From NCBI RefSeq assembly GCF_964213995.1, contig NC_135810.1, positions 57,908,001-57,972,000 on the forward strand: a DNA stretch of 64,000 bases, written 5' to 3'. The notes under the pieces were generated by a model that was given only the letters and a program-made list of their open reading frames with translations, was not told where the DNA came from and did no database searches. The stretch comes from Mustelus asterias. Its lineage: Eukaryota. This document shows, piece after piece, positions 50,163 to 62,312 of the stretch (positions within the stretch are counted from its first letter, which is position 1; each line of letters starts with the position of its first letter). The position numbers and the translations under genes are program-made.

Positions 50163-50394
50163 CTTTTGCTACCAAATAAACCTGTTGGACTTTAACCTGG
50201 TGTTGTGAGACTTCTTACTGTGTTTACCCCAGTCCAACGCCGGCATCTCCACATCATATCTGAAAAGAAACAGACACAAGGCTAAGTTTATGCTGCAGGA
50301 AGGGAGTAAACGCTTAAAGCATTCACAGCTTGTAAATCAGAAAGACCAAGTGAGATGAAGGTGAAGTGGGATCCGAGAAGTAGGATTAGGTATG

Positions 50395-50990
50395 GGAATA
50401 CCATCATCTTCAATAGTTTCAGCCCCATTGCTAGCCACATTTAGCATTTCAATAATGGCCAACAACACCTTCTCCATGAGGGTTAGGACATTCAGGCATG
50501 CCTATCTCCTCTTGTTAGCTACTGATGCCTCCAGTTGTGCACCACCTTGTCCTGTAAGAGAGGTGTGTGTGAGTGAGTGTGTGACAATCTGTGCATGTGA
50601 TGTGGCACTGTTGAGTAACTAACAATGTATGCAATTGTGCAATGTGGGTGTGAGGCTTGCAGCTAAATGTATGACGGTCAGGTATGAGACGTGATTGATA
50701 GTAATTGTTGGTAGGTGAGTAATTGGGATGAATTCAGTGTTGTCTGTGGATACAGGTGCGGCTGGTCGAATAATGCATTTGAAGTTACATTCACTGACCT
50801 TGACCACTTACATGAGGTCTTTGAACTTCTTGCAGCATTCCATACAGGAGCTTGATTCCTGATATCAACTTGCATGACCATTTGCCCTCACTGACTTTTG
50901 AGCATTTTTCTAGGTGCCCTCCTGGCTCCCTCGAGATACAAAACATCTCTTCTATTTTGGAGCCCACACTCTTCCATGTAGTGCGGCATG
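50395..50990 (-). pseudogene. Harbinger Myb/SANT-like gene remnant (two exons)
   Basis: ECCKKFKDLM*VVK|gtcagt donor near 50795; acceptor cttacag at 50552, then DKVVHNWRHQ*LT..VLTLMEKVLLAII. Confidence 0.7.
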
Positions 50991-50991
50991 T

Positions 50992-51290
50992 GGGGTGGTG
51001 ACACAGTGGCACAGTGTTAGCACTGCTGCCTCACAGCACTACGGACCCGGGTTCAATTCCCAGGCTTGGGTCACTGTTTGCATGTTCTCCTTGTGTCTGT
51101 GTGGGTTTCCTCTGGGTGCTCCGGTTTCCTCCCACAGTCCGAAAGACGTGCTTGGTTAGGTGCATGAGCCATGCTAAATTCTCCCTCAGTGTACCGGAAC
51201 AGGCATCGGAGTGTGGTGACTAGGGGGTTTGCACATTAACTTCATTGCAGTGTTAATGTAAGCCTACTTGTGACTAATAAATAAATAAAC
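50992..51290 (+). mobile_element. V-SINE, alternative tail type
   Basis: Tail aacttcattgcagtgttaatgtaagcctacttgtgactaataaa. Confidence 0.88.
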
Positions 51291-52267
51291 TTTTGGTGCC
51301 ATTCTTTAGTGTTTGGCACCTCAGATTCTCTTCCTACATGAATACCAGCACCTGCCCCAGCCAAAGTGCCTTACATAGGTGCAGGCTAGATTTAAGTGGT
51401 ACGATCAAATTAGGATTTTGGGCCCCCTGCTGATGTGTGTGTGTAACTAACAGTACAGTGAGTGCTGGCTGTTTGCAGCAATCATACTAATAAACAGGCA
51501 GCACAAAATAGTTTGCTTATTGCCTGCTTTACGGGTTAACTGCACATTGCGATTCTCATGACTATTTTTGAGGGCTAACCAATTTAGCCACTTGTATACT
51601 AGGCAAATCAAATGTTCATAATTTTTTGCAATATCATAACACATGTTACCTGCCAAAAATTAAATTTATCTTTGTTAGATTATTCCTCCAGAGTTGTGTT
51701 TAATTTTAAGTAGAGAATGTAAATAGCAGCAGTTATCTTAAGTACTGCGTGATTCTGGCATATGTTATTACACAGATACGGTAATTCGAAGAGCAAATCA
51801 CCCTGCAGTTTTAACCAGTCTATTAACAATGAAGCAAAGTCTGATTCTGAACAGAAATGCCGTCTGAGAAAAGTCAAATAAACCACACACAAATACAATG
51901 TGAGTTGAAATCAGATACAAACAGAAGACAATAAATAAAGTGGTCATTATTTACAAGGTTCTCTATTGTTTAAGTTATCCTAGCATTGCATTATTATGCA
52001 AAAACACATTCCAAACATTAGATTGTCGGTCAAAAAAAATAAGTACAAGTTGTGTGATATGTTTCTTCAAATGTGGTGCCAGCTTAATTCAAATAGGAAT
52101 AAACAGAATTAGAAATAAAGTAAAATCTACACATTGTAAAAGAAGTTGTAACAAGATACAGCTCAGAGTGTGTTTTCATTTATGCTGCTGTGATAACAGT
52201 TTGGGAGCAAAATGGTGTCAATGCTGTGTGCAGACACATTTCTGGTGCTGATCTTACTGCACAATAT

Positions 52268-52588
52268 TCATAGAATCCCTACAGTGCAGAAGGAGGCCAT
52301 TCGGCCCATCGAGTCTGCACCAACCACAATCCCACACAGGCCCTATTCCCGTAACCCCACATATTTACTCTGCTAATCCCCTGACACTAGGGTCAATTTA
52401 GCATGGCCAATCAACCTAACCCGCACATCTTTGGACTGTGGAAGGAAACTGGAGCACGTGGAGCACGCCCACGCAGACACGGGGAGAATGTGCAAACTTC
52501 ACACAGACAGTGATCCAAGGCCAGAATTGAACCCAGGTCCCTGGCGCTGTGAGGCAGCAGTGCTTACCACTGTGCCACCATGCCGCCC
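52268..52588 (-). mobile_element. HE1-like V-SINE
   Basis: Full-length family match. Confidence 0.92.
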
Positions 52589-52809
52589 AGGCCAGGGTGT
52601 TAACTCGGGCATTGTGAGAGGGTGCAGAGCATGTAAATAATGACATTAGTCAGTGTGCAATACTAGTTTGATGCCAGCACTGCCATTTTCAACCTGTTCC
52701 AGCTGACATTCACCCATAACCAAGTTTGCCGTTCACTGCTGTATCAAGGATGCTGCTGATGCGTTCCATGTCAGGAGACAAGTATATTTTCTACTCCTAG
52801 TCCACAGAG

Positions 52810-52895
52810 AAGCACCACAACACCAGGTTAAAGTCCAATAGGTTTATTTGATAACACAAGCTTTCGGAGCGCTTCTCCTTCAACAGGAAGTCCCA
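52810..52895 (-). mobile_element. Solo PLE pLTR fragment, hammerhead core mutated (CTGTTGA)
   Basis: acaacaccaggttaaagtccaataggtttatt..aagctttcggagcgcttctccttcaacagg. Confidence 0.8.
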
Positions 52896-53404
52896 CTTGT
52901 TGAGAGATGCCAGCCAAACAGAGGCCAGCAGCTCCTCTGTCCTCAGCAGGGCCACCCGGGGAGGCTGCTCACTGCTATATTCACTGACATTTATATTGCG
53001 AGGTTTGGCTGTAGAGTGTAAGTTTATTTTGGTATGAAGTTGAAATCCTGTAAAAGGATCATGCCCACATCGTGGATTTTATGTAAGAAGTGCTTAGATT
53101 TGCTGCATGTTCTTTGTATTTCAATAATTAATACCATGACACTAATTCTAAAAACAACTTTACAGAGAACAATGTCCTGCTGAGCAATTGTTCAAATAAC
53201 AAATGCATTTGCAAACCAAGAGGCACCAGTTTTATAGTGGCTTTCCAGTCATCCGCGAAGGACTTATCCATTGTGTTTATAACTGATAAAGAAGTTCCAG
53301 TTTGCCTTGCTGGTCTGATGTAGAAATAAAACAAAGAATGCTGGACACACTCAGCAGGTCAGGCAACATCTGGGCCAAGCGGAACATAGGGTTAATGATC
53401 TTAC

Positions 53405-53614
53405 AGCCAGATTTCTCTGGCCGTTCATGCTGGCAGGATTCTCTGGTTCCGCCGGCAGCGCACCCCCAGCTGGGGGTTTCCCGCTGGCGTGGGATGACAC
53501 CAATGGGGAAGTCCCATTGACAGCAGCGGGACCAGAAAATCCCACCGCTAGCAAACAATGCGCCTCCTCCCGCCAGCAGGAAACACGCAGCTGGGAGGCT
53601 GGAGAATCTCGCCC
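53405..53614. mobile_element. Small MITE
   Basis: TIR-like gccagatttctctggcc / ggctggagaatctcgccc; similar to 32893-33070. Confidence 0.6.
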
Positions 53615-53683
53615 TTCATCAGAAATGTGAGATGCTGATCATGCATTATAATAGACTTCTTAGTTGACGTGACAATCAAAAAG

Positions 53684-53986
53684 GGGGTGGCACGGTGGCA
53701 CAGTGGTTAGCACTGCTGCCTCACAGCAGTGGCCTCAGATCACTGTCTGTGTGGAGTTTGCACCTCCTCCCCATGTCGGCTGGGGTTCCTCCGGGTGCTC
53801 CGGTTTCCTCCCACACTCCAAAAATGCGTGGGTTAGGTTGATTAGCCATGCTAAATTGTCCCTTAGTGATAGGGGACTAGCGGGGTAAATAGATGGGGAT
53901 AGAGGGAAAGGGCCTGGGTGGGATTGTTGTCGGTGCAGGCTCAATGGGCTGAATGGCCTCCTTCTGCACTGTAAGGATTCTATGAT
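53684..53986 (+). mobile_element. HE1-like V-SINE (B-box region deleted)
   Basis: Family match. Confidence 0.85.
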
Positions 53987-55056
53987 TTTGGGGTAAATGG
54001 CAGTGGCAAATATAGGCAATAACCATGAAGCAAAACCATTCGAATAAAGTGCTGGTGAAAGCTCACATCCCATCATGAGCTTGTCATTCTGATTTTAGAT
54101 GTGAATCAACCAGCTGGTTGGGCCTTGGACATTATCCTGAGGAACTCCTGCAGTGATGTCCCGGAGCTGCGATGATTGACCACAACCATCTTCCTTTGTA
54201 TTGGACACGACTCAAGACAAGGGGGAGCCCTGATTCCTACTGACTTCAATTTCACTCTTCCAATTTTGACACATTCCCTGATGTCAGTGAGCAGGGTTGG
54301 CTGGCCTGGGAGTGTCTGACAGTAAGGTCAATGCCAAGTGATGCATCCAGTTTAATTCTTCTTATACGCTCTTTATACCACTTTGGTTCAACTGAGTTGC
54401 TTACTAGACCATTTCAGAGAGCAGTTACATGTCAACTCCTTGCTATGAGTCTGGAGGCTTGTAAAGGTCAGATCAGGTAAGGCCAACAGATTTCAATCCC
54501 TGAAAGGCATTCATTAACTGGATGGAATTTTATATCAAGCTGTTACTACATGGTCACCATTACAGATGCTAACTTTTTATTTAATTAACACCATTTAATC
54601 CCTGAGCTACCTAGTGGAATTTGACCTCATGTCTCTGGATCATTAGTGCAGGCCTCTGGCTTATTAGTGCAGTAACGTACTCACTATGTTAACTGTTAAT
54701 ATCCTTTGGTCTGTAATTGTGGCACATTAACATACTGGAGTGAATCTTTTCAGACCTTCTGTGTGCAATTTTGAACAGGCTGTAATGCTATTGTGGCTAA
54801 CCTTTCACCAGCCAGGATATTTATGATCTCTTACACTAAAAGACTCGACATTCTAATTTACATGTCAACTGCCATGAAACTAATGGGTTCAATGACTGAT
54901 GGCACCTGTGAAAAGCAATTTCAAAATGAAGGCTGCTTAAATCTATTAACATAGGTTCAGCGTTGAAACAATCCCATGAAGCAATAGTGAGGTGGGCTGC
55001 CTGGGGCTTCTGGTGTGATAGAATCAGCAGACAGTGAGTCACACCAATGCCAAAAT

Positions 55057-55489
55057 GCACGGTGGCACAGTGTTAGCACAGCTGCCTCACAGCACCAGGG
55101 ACCCAGGTTCAATTCCGGCCTTGGGTCACTGTCTGTGTGGAGTTTGCACGTTCTCCCCGTGTCTGCGTGGGTTTCCTCCAGGTGCTCCGGTTTCCTTCCA
55201 CAGTCCAAAGATGTGCAGATTAGGTGGATTGGCTATGCTAAATTGCCCCTTAGTGTCCCAAGATTATAGGTTAGATGAATTAGCCATGGTAAATGCATGG
55301 GGCTTTTGCTACCAAATAAACCTATTGGACTTTAACCTGGTGTTGTTAAACTTCTTACTGTGTTTACCCCAGTCCAACGCCAGCATCTCCACAAATGCAT
55401 GGGAGTACAGGGATAGGGTGGGATGCTCTTCCAGAGAGTCAGTGCAGGCACAGTGGGCAGAATGGCCTCCTTCTACACTGTAAGGATTC
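55057..55489 (+). mobile_element. HE1-like V-SINE with a 91-bp PLE insert
   Basis: Family match; insert at 55302-55392. Confidence 0.88.
55302..55392 (+). mobile_element. 91-bp Penelope pLTR 3' fragment
   Basis: 11-bp TSD aaatgcatggg (55291-55301, 55393-55403); matches 50162-50253. Confidence 0.88.
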
Positions 55490-56599
55490 AATTATCTCAC
55501 ACTTTAATAGGAGGTCGTCCCCTTTAGGTGTTTTAGGAACACTCCTGGCACAACATGCACCGTTGTGAATGAGGTAAATTTACATTCAGTTGGTTTATGC
55601 GTTGAAAAGCAGAGTATGAAACAAGTTAAGTTGTAAAAGGCAATGGGAACCCACTGACCAGTGAGACCTTGGGAAAGATATCATCAGCAAATCCTTATGG
55701 AAGTGTGTTTCTCCTGTTTCGTAAGTAACTTGTAAACCCGTAAATGTATGGCACACGAGTTACTTAAAATAATAAGACAACATTTAAAGGAAAAGTGTGT
55801 CCTGGTAACAATGAATCGACAGCATCCACCCTTAATCAAACATAAAATTTCAACAAAATCATGTAGTGATGTATGTTGTGGTTCATTCAGGGAGTCCAAT
55901 TTGATATGGCAATATGTACATTTACATGTTGTAGTCTGGAGATATGGATAATGATTGTAGAGTCTCCAACAAGGATTTTCAGGTTTATACTCAATCTCCC
56001 TTGGCAATCAAGTCCTGGGGTATGATTTGAATGCAGAGCTGCTGGTTCAGGGGCACTGAGGTTACCCACCAAGCAACAAGACCTCCAATGTTAGGAAGTG
56101 AGCCGTAGTATAATACAAGGCCTGAGCATTTTGTCATAGTGCCCTCTTTGTTGGGGAGGTGTAAATAAAATCAGTTTATTAGTGGCTGTCTACAGTTCAT
56201 CTCACTCAGAAAGATGCTGAAGAGGCTGGGATGGAACTTTATTTTACATTTCATTTGAGAAATTAAGGGCTTAGGGACATTTTGACACATTTTTGGAACT
56301 TCTAAAGTTGATTTTGAGGAAATGTGAAAGAGTGCTGCATGTGCATGTTGATACGCAGATACGCAGTGATTGAATTGACATAAAATAAACATGAAATAAA
56401 ATTGAAAAATAGCACTGAATGCATCTTTGAAGATAACGAGGGAATCCAACCCTATCAAAGAGGACGGGTGTAATAATGACCGAAGGATAGGCATTTGGCT
56501 GAAAGCACATGAAATAGGGGCCAGATGCTTTCTAACCAGTATTGTCTGCAAGACCCCAGTACTATAGAACATGCTGAAATTAATGTAATTCTAAACTCA

Positions 56600-57570
56600 T
56601 ATAAATAGCTCAACTAAGAATGAAGTTGCAATGAGCGTTGCATTCTGTCAAAGGAAGCAGTTACCAAGTGACACTGTTACAGTTTACATTCTCAGGTTAA
56701 AGAAACTCTCATCACTGGGGGCATGGTGCAAACTTAGAAATAGACCTTCGAGACATGTTTGTAGGAGGCCAAAAGAACAAAGAAATCATGGCCAAATTTT
56801 TATGCAAAGGCAGTAGTCTCAGATGGAAGGAGGCCCACGATGAGGCCAGAGCCACAGAAATGGCAGAGGAAGATAGCCGTAAATTGCAAGGAAGTCATTT
56901 TCCTGAGCCAGCAGGGGGGGGTTCGCCAGATTTCAGCAGGATTTCCATGATGAAGACCACATTCACAGTCTTAGAGTCAGAAATCTAGATGTTACCATTG
57001 CCATGGTAGCCACCAGCCATGTCGATGCCCCCATTTCCAGTCAAAGTGCTATGCCTGTTAAGAAGTTGCTCATATACAGATAACATTCAAGTCTAGAAGA
57101 AACAGTGAAGTTCCAGGTCACAGCCATGCCCAGGGTAATGGTAGATGAAATCTAGTTCAGGGGTCTGGAAATCCTTGAATGTGCATAGAAGTGGAAACAG
57201 AAGTTTATGTTATCGAGCGGGAAGATCAAGAGTTGGACTCAGTGAGGAGCAAGGAAACAGCACATGAAAAATGAGAGCGATAAAATTCCAGTGCCCACAG
57301 TAGAAGTGAAAGTGAGAGATTCACAACTCAATCATTGATACAACTGCAGCCATGTCTGTTATCCCAGAAGGAGAGTACAAGAAGTCCCTAAGTCACATTT
57401 GCTTACACAAAACTGGTGTTAAACTGACTAGTTACTCCAGTAACAGTATTGCAGTTTCAGGGCAAGGTAGTGTTAGGGTGGAATATGATGATATATCCTA
57501 TTACTTGCCATTAGTAGTGATAGGAGGGAACAAAGTCATCTTAACAGGAAGGAATTTTCTGAAGAAATTT
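56600..57570 (+). mobile_element. Gypsy gag/protease remnant
   Basis: LRDMFVGG (gag-like) and IDTTAAMSVI..VKLTSYS..LPLVVIGG..LTGRNFL (retropepsin-like). Confidence 0.7.
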
Positions 57571-57900
57571 TGGGGCAGCACAGTGGCACAATGGTTCGCA
57601 CTGCTGCCTCACAGTGCCAGGGACCCAGGTTCAATTCCAGCCTTGGGTCACTGTCTGTGTGGAGTTTGCACATTCTCCCCGTGTCTGCATGGGTTTCCTC
57701 CAGGTGCTCTGGTTTTCTCCCACAGTCCAAAGATTTGCGGGTCAGGTTGATTGGCTATGCTAAATTGCCTCTTAGTGTCAGGGGGGCTAGCAAGGTAAAT
57801 ATGTGGGGTTAAGGGCAGAAGGCCTGGGTGGCATTGTTGTCAGTGCAGGCTTGATGAGCCAAATGGCCTCTTTCTGCATTATAGGGATTCTATGATTCTA
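57571..57900 (+). mobile_element. HE1-like V-SINE
   Basis: Family match. Confidence 0.9.
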
Positions 57901-58139
57901 AGATATGGTCAAACCGGACTGAGTTATTTATAGTAGGGATCATTAAGAATACATCTGACATTGATAAAGTGCTAAGAGAATAGAAAGTGGTCTTTGGAAA
58001 AAGAAGTCCAAATGATAACATTAGGCATCATATTTGCTTGAAACTGGAAATCTGACAAAGGGAAAGCAGGAGAAGCCTCCTATTGTCCACATTTCTCCGA
58101 CAGTCAAAAGTGAAAGTCAAGAAGAAATTGAAATATTTC

Positions 58140-58612
58140 AGTTGTCTTTTGCTGGTTACTAAAACATTTGCAACTCTCACATTTACTGCTATTAGTTGCA
58201 ACATTATAAGCCTCTCCTTTTAATCTAATACTGTCCTTAACTTGCTGAGTGAGATGTGGATGGGTGTTTCTTGCTGTTTTCTGTTGGAATGTATGTTTGT
58301 TGAACATTTTCAATTGTTTCTTTAAATGTTTTCCACTGTTCATTTATCACCTTATCTTTCAGTCGCTTTACCCAAACAAACTTAGTCAGTTTTATCAGGG
58401 GGTTGTGGATGCTCCATTATTGCGTACATTTAAGGGTGGGATAGACAGATTTTTGGTCTCTCAGGGAATCAAGAGATATGGGAAGTGGGCAGGAAAGTGG
58501 AGTTGAAGCTCAAGATCACAGATTATTTTGAACGACTGAGTAGGCTCGAAGGGCTGTATGACCTATCAGTCGTTCAAAATAATTGTACTGATCTCCTGCT
58601 CCTAGTTCTTGT
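58140..58612. mobile_element. CR1 fragments: minus-strand internal piece (~58140-58330) and plus-strand 3' end (~58398-58612)
   Basis: LTQQVKDSIRLKGEAYNVA (-) and TFKGGIDRFLVSQGIKRYGKWAGKWS (+). Confidence 0.75.
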
Positions 58613-58846
58613 GGTTTTATATTTGGGTAGATGTTGTGTTGCCACTTTGAGAGTCTAGTCTCATGCTTAGTTTCTGGCATTGTTGGCTGATTCACAGGCT
58701 TTTAGTCGTCGAACCTAAGCCTTTGTACAGTGAACAATTTCTCAATAAACCTGCCTTGTTGACTGCAATGAACCCATGTGCTGCAACTGCACTCTCTTTT
58801 ATCCTCACAAGTGCAGCATATACAATACTTGTGTTCTTGTTAAGTT

Positions 58847-59137
58847 GGGTGGCACGCTGGCACAATGTTGCTGCCTCACAATTCCGGTTCAATTCCGGCC
58901 TCAGGTGACTGTCTGTGTGGAGTTTGCACTTTCTCCCCGTGTCTGCGTGGGTTTCCTCCAGGTGCTCCGATTTCCTCCCACAGTCCAAAGATGTGCGGGT
59001 TAGGTTCATTGGCCAAGCTAAATTGACCTTTAGTGTCAGGATAAACACGTGGGGTTATGGGGATAGAGCCTGGGCGGGATTGTTGTCAGTGCAGGCTTGA
59101 TGGCCAAATGGCCTCCTTCCGCACTGTAGGGATTCTA
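58847..59137 (+). mobile_element. HE1-like V-SINE
   Basis: Family match with head deletions. Confidence 0.85.
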
Positions 59138-59289
59138 AGTTGTTGACTACCAAAACAAACCCTGTCCACTGCACAGCAAGTTGACTACATGCAGTTTTGC
59201 GTGCAGTTAGGTTAAGTTAGTATAACCCCCAAACCAACTTTGATGCTGACAGCTAACCTTCTCTGTATCTCTCGAGCATTCTTTTAACT

Positions 59290-59776
59290 CCACCTTCTAT
59301 AGTACCTCATTTTATTCATAACATATCTCATCCAGCAGATAGAGAAAAATTATTGATGGGAAATTATTGATTTAATTTACAGCAGTTGAGTCTGACATAC
59401 AATGCAAGAATTACTTTCATCAAAAGGATCCAGTTCAAAGAAGTCGGCAATGCATAATGATACTTTACAGTTTGCTCTGCAAATTGAATGAAAATTCATG
59501 GTCCCCATGCAGAGCTTCAGCCAAGTTCATCGTGTTCTTTAAGATAAAAAATATGCAAAAAGATTCATGCTCAGTGACCTTCACAACTGACACTTGTAGG
59601 AATATCCTTTTCACTGCAGGTTACAAGTTAAGTTCAATGAAGTTTTTCACCAAAACAACTGTTTTCTTCTGGCAAACTGATAAACGTATTGACTCCACAA
59701 AACAGTACTTCGCCATAACTGATGATGCACATCAATTTAAATTCTTGCTAATGAAATACCACCTCCAGTCCGCCTC
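59290..59776 (-). other. Candidate terminal exon of an unidentified host transcript
   Basis: Strong acceptor tttaatttgctgttgcttttttcag before 59776; apparently non-repetitive sequence; AATAAA on the minus strand at 59311-59316. Confidence 0.35.
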
Positions 59777-60204
59777 CTGAAAAAAGCAACAGCAAATTAA
59801 ACAAAAATATTTTTATCAGCTAAAGGTTGAACTGTGTCCAAGGCAAAGAATGAACTATGTGTGGCCTTAAATCCAGACAAGGTTATACCTTTGTTAGGCA
59901 AAGGGTAGGACAAATGATAACAGAAGATGGTGGAGATGATGCTGAATTCAGGAAGAGATAACCAGAAGTAATTTCATAGAAGCTGAAGGATGTGTCAACA
60001 ACAACAGAACTCAGCTTGTAACAAGGAAAGAAATCTCATAAGATTTGTTGGGGAGGTGATGGCCTAGTGGTATTATCATTAGACTATTAATCCAGAAACT
60101 CAGCTAATGTTCTGGGGACCTGGGTTCAAGTTCCGCCATGATGGAATTTGAATTCAATAAAAATATCTGGAGTTAAGAATCGATTGATGACCATTGTTGC
60201 TCGT

Positions 60205-60487
60205 CAGAGCATCTTCCCCAGGCCCAACCCCCCCCCTACCGATCCTCATAGTCTGATGCATTTACCATTGCTCATTCACCTAACCTACGCACCTATGGAC
60301 ACTAAGAGGCAATTTAGCATGGCCAGTACACATTTTGTTTGAACTGAGAGAGGAACCTGGAGCACCTGGAGGAAACCCACACAGACACAGGGAGAACGTG
60401 CAAACTTCACACAGACAATCCGAAATCGAACCCGGGTCCCTGGTGTTGTGAAGCACCAGTGCTAACCTCTGCGCCACCATGCTGCCC
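60205..60487 (-). mobile_element. V-SINE, diverged
   Basis: Family match. Confidence 0.8.
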
Positions 60488-60707
60488 TTTTTCAAGGGAT
60501 GTGGGCTTTACTGGCTAAGCCAGCATTCATTGACCATCCTTAATTGACCTTGAGATGGTGGTGGTGAGCTGCCTTCTTGAACTGCTGCAGTCCCTGAGGT
60601 ATAGGTACACCTACAATGCTGTTAGGGAGGGAATTGGTGAGCAGAAGCAAGTAGAGGTGGCCATCCGAGCAAGGAATTTAGATAAATTAGAAAGGTGACA
60701 AAATATG

Positions 60708-61060
60708 AGGTGGCATGGTAGCACAGTGATTAGCACTGCTGCTTCACAGCTCCAGGGACCTGGGTTCGATTCCCGGCTTGGGTCACTGTCTGTGTGGAGT
60801 TTGCACATTCTCCTCGTGTCTGCGTGGGTTTCCTCCGGGTGCTCCGGTTTCCTCCCACAGTCCAAAGATGTGCGGGTTAGGTTGATTGGCCATGCTAAAA
60901 AAAAAATTGCCCTTAGTGTCCTGAGATGTGTAGGTTAGAGGGATTAGTGGATAAATATGTAGGGAAATGGGGGTAGGGCCTGGGTGGGATTGTGGTCGGT
61001 GCAGACTCGATGGGCCGAATGGCCTCTTTCTGTACTGTAGGGTTTCTATGAGTTTCTATG
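60708..61060 (+). mobile_element. HE1-like V-SINE
   Basis: Family match; TTTCTATGA tail repeats. Confidence 0.9.
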
Positions 61061-61329
61061 AGATATAAGCTAATACACATAATATAGTTTCAGAACTTAT
61101 TAATGCTTCACTTTCTCTAGCCAGGAACTCATCAACACATTTGCATTGAATTTGTACCAAAATGCAGTTATTGAGTCTAAACTAAACAATTTTGCGGGAA
61201 GCGGGGAGATTTTATGGAGCCGACATGAATGGGAAACGTGGTGTGCGGGCTGACTGAATTAGGCGAGATGTGGAACTTCCATTTCCTGACAATGGATTGA
61301 GATGTGTAGATAAAGTCAGCAGCATGTTA

Positions 61330-62312
61330 AAAACATAGAAGGTAGGAACAGGCGGAGGCCATTCAGCCCTTTGAGCCTGCTCTGCCATCCACCCACGATC
61401 ATGGCTAATCATCCAACTCAATAGCCTAATCCTGCTTTCTCCCAATGGTCTCTGATCCCATTCGCCCCAAGTGCTATATCTAGCCGCCTCTTCAATACAT
61501 TCAATGTTTTGGCATCAATTACTTCCTATGGTAATGAATTCCACAAGCTCACCACTCTTTGGGTGAAGAAATGTCTCCTCACCTCCATCCTAAATGGTCT
61601 ACCCTGTATCCTCAGTCTGTGACCCCCTGCTTCTAGACACCTTCATCATTGGGAACATCCTTCCTGCATCTACCCTGCCTAGTCCTGTTAGAATTTTATA
61701 AGTCTCTATGAGATCCCCCCTCATTTGTCTGAACTCCAGCAAAAACAATCCTAACCTAGTCAATCTCTCCTCATACATCAGTCCCACCATTCCCGGAATC
61801 AGCCTGGTAAACCTTCGCTGCACTCCCTCGAGAGCAAGAACATCCTTCCTCAGAAAAGGAGACCAAAACTGCAAACAATACTCTAGGTGCGGCCTCACCA
61901 AGGCCCTGTATAATTGCAACAGCACATCCCTGTTCCTGTACTCGAAACCTCTCGCAATAAAGGCCAACATACCATTTGCCTTCTTTACCACCTGCTGCAC
62001 CTGCACGCTTACCTTCAGCGACTGGTGCAGAAGGACACCCAGGTCCCGCTGCACACTCCCCTCTCCAAATTTATAGTCTTTCAGGTAGGAAGCTGCCTTC
62101 TTGTTTTTGCTTCCAAAGTGAATAACCTCACATTTATCCAAATTATACTGTATCTACCATTGATTTGCCCACTCACTCAACCTATCCAGATCATTTTGAA
62201 GGATCTCTGCAGCCTCGTCACAGTTCACCCTCCCACCCAACTTGGTATCATCTGCAAACTTTGAGATGTTACATTTTGTTCCCTCATCCAAATCATTAAT
62301 ATATATTGTGAA
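61330..62312 (-). mobile_element. CR1 LINE 3' fragment
   Basis: ORF 61599-62141 KCEVIHFG..LYRALVRPHLEYCLQFWSP; KFADD region near 62250. Confidence 0.92.

Larger units (their letters stand above)
47190..50255. mobile_element. Penelope-like retroelement, large fold-back insertion (RT plus GIY-YIG, inverted pLTRs)
   Basis: 13-bp TSD atatctgaaaaga (47177-47189, 50256-50268); minus arm 47190-48484; plus arm from ~48491 with DTTDFLQKL, YTRYIDDIF and NVVYLICC..WYIGET; frameshifted. Confidence 0.95.
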
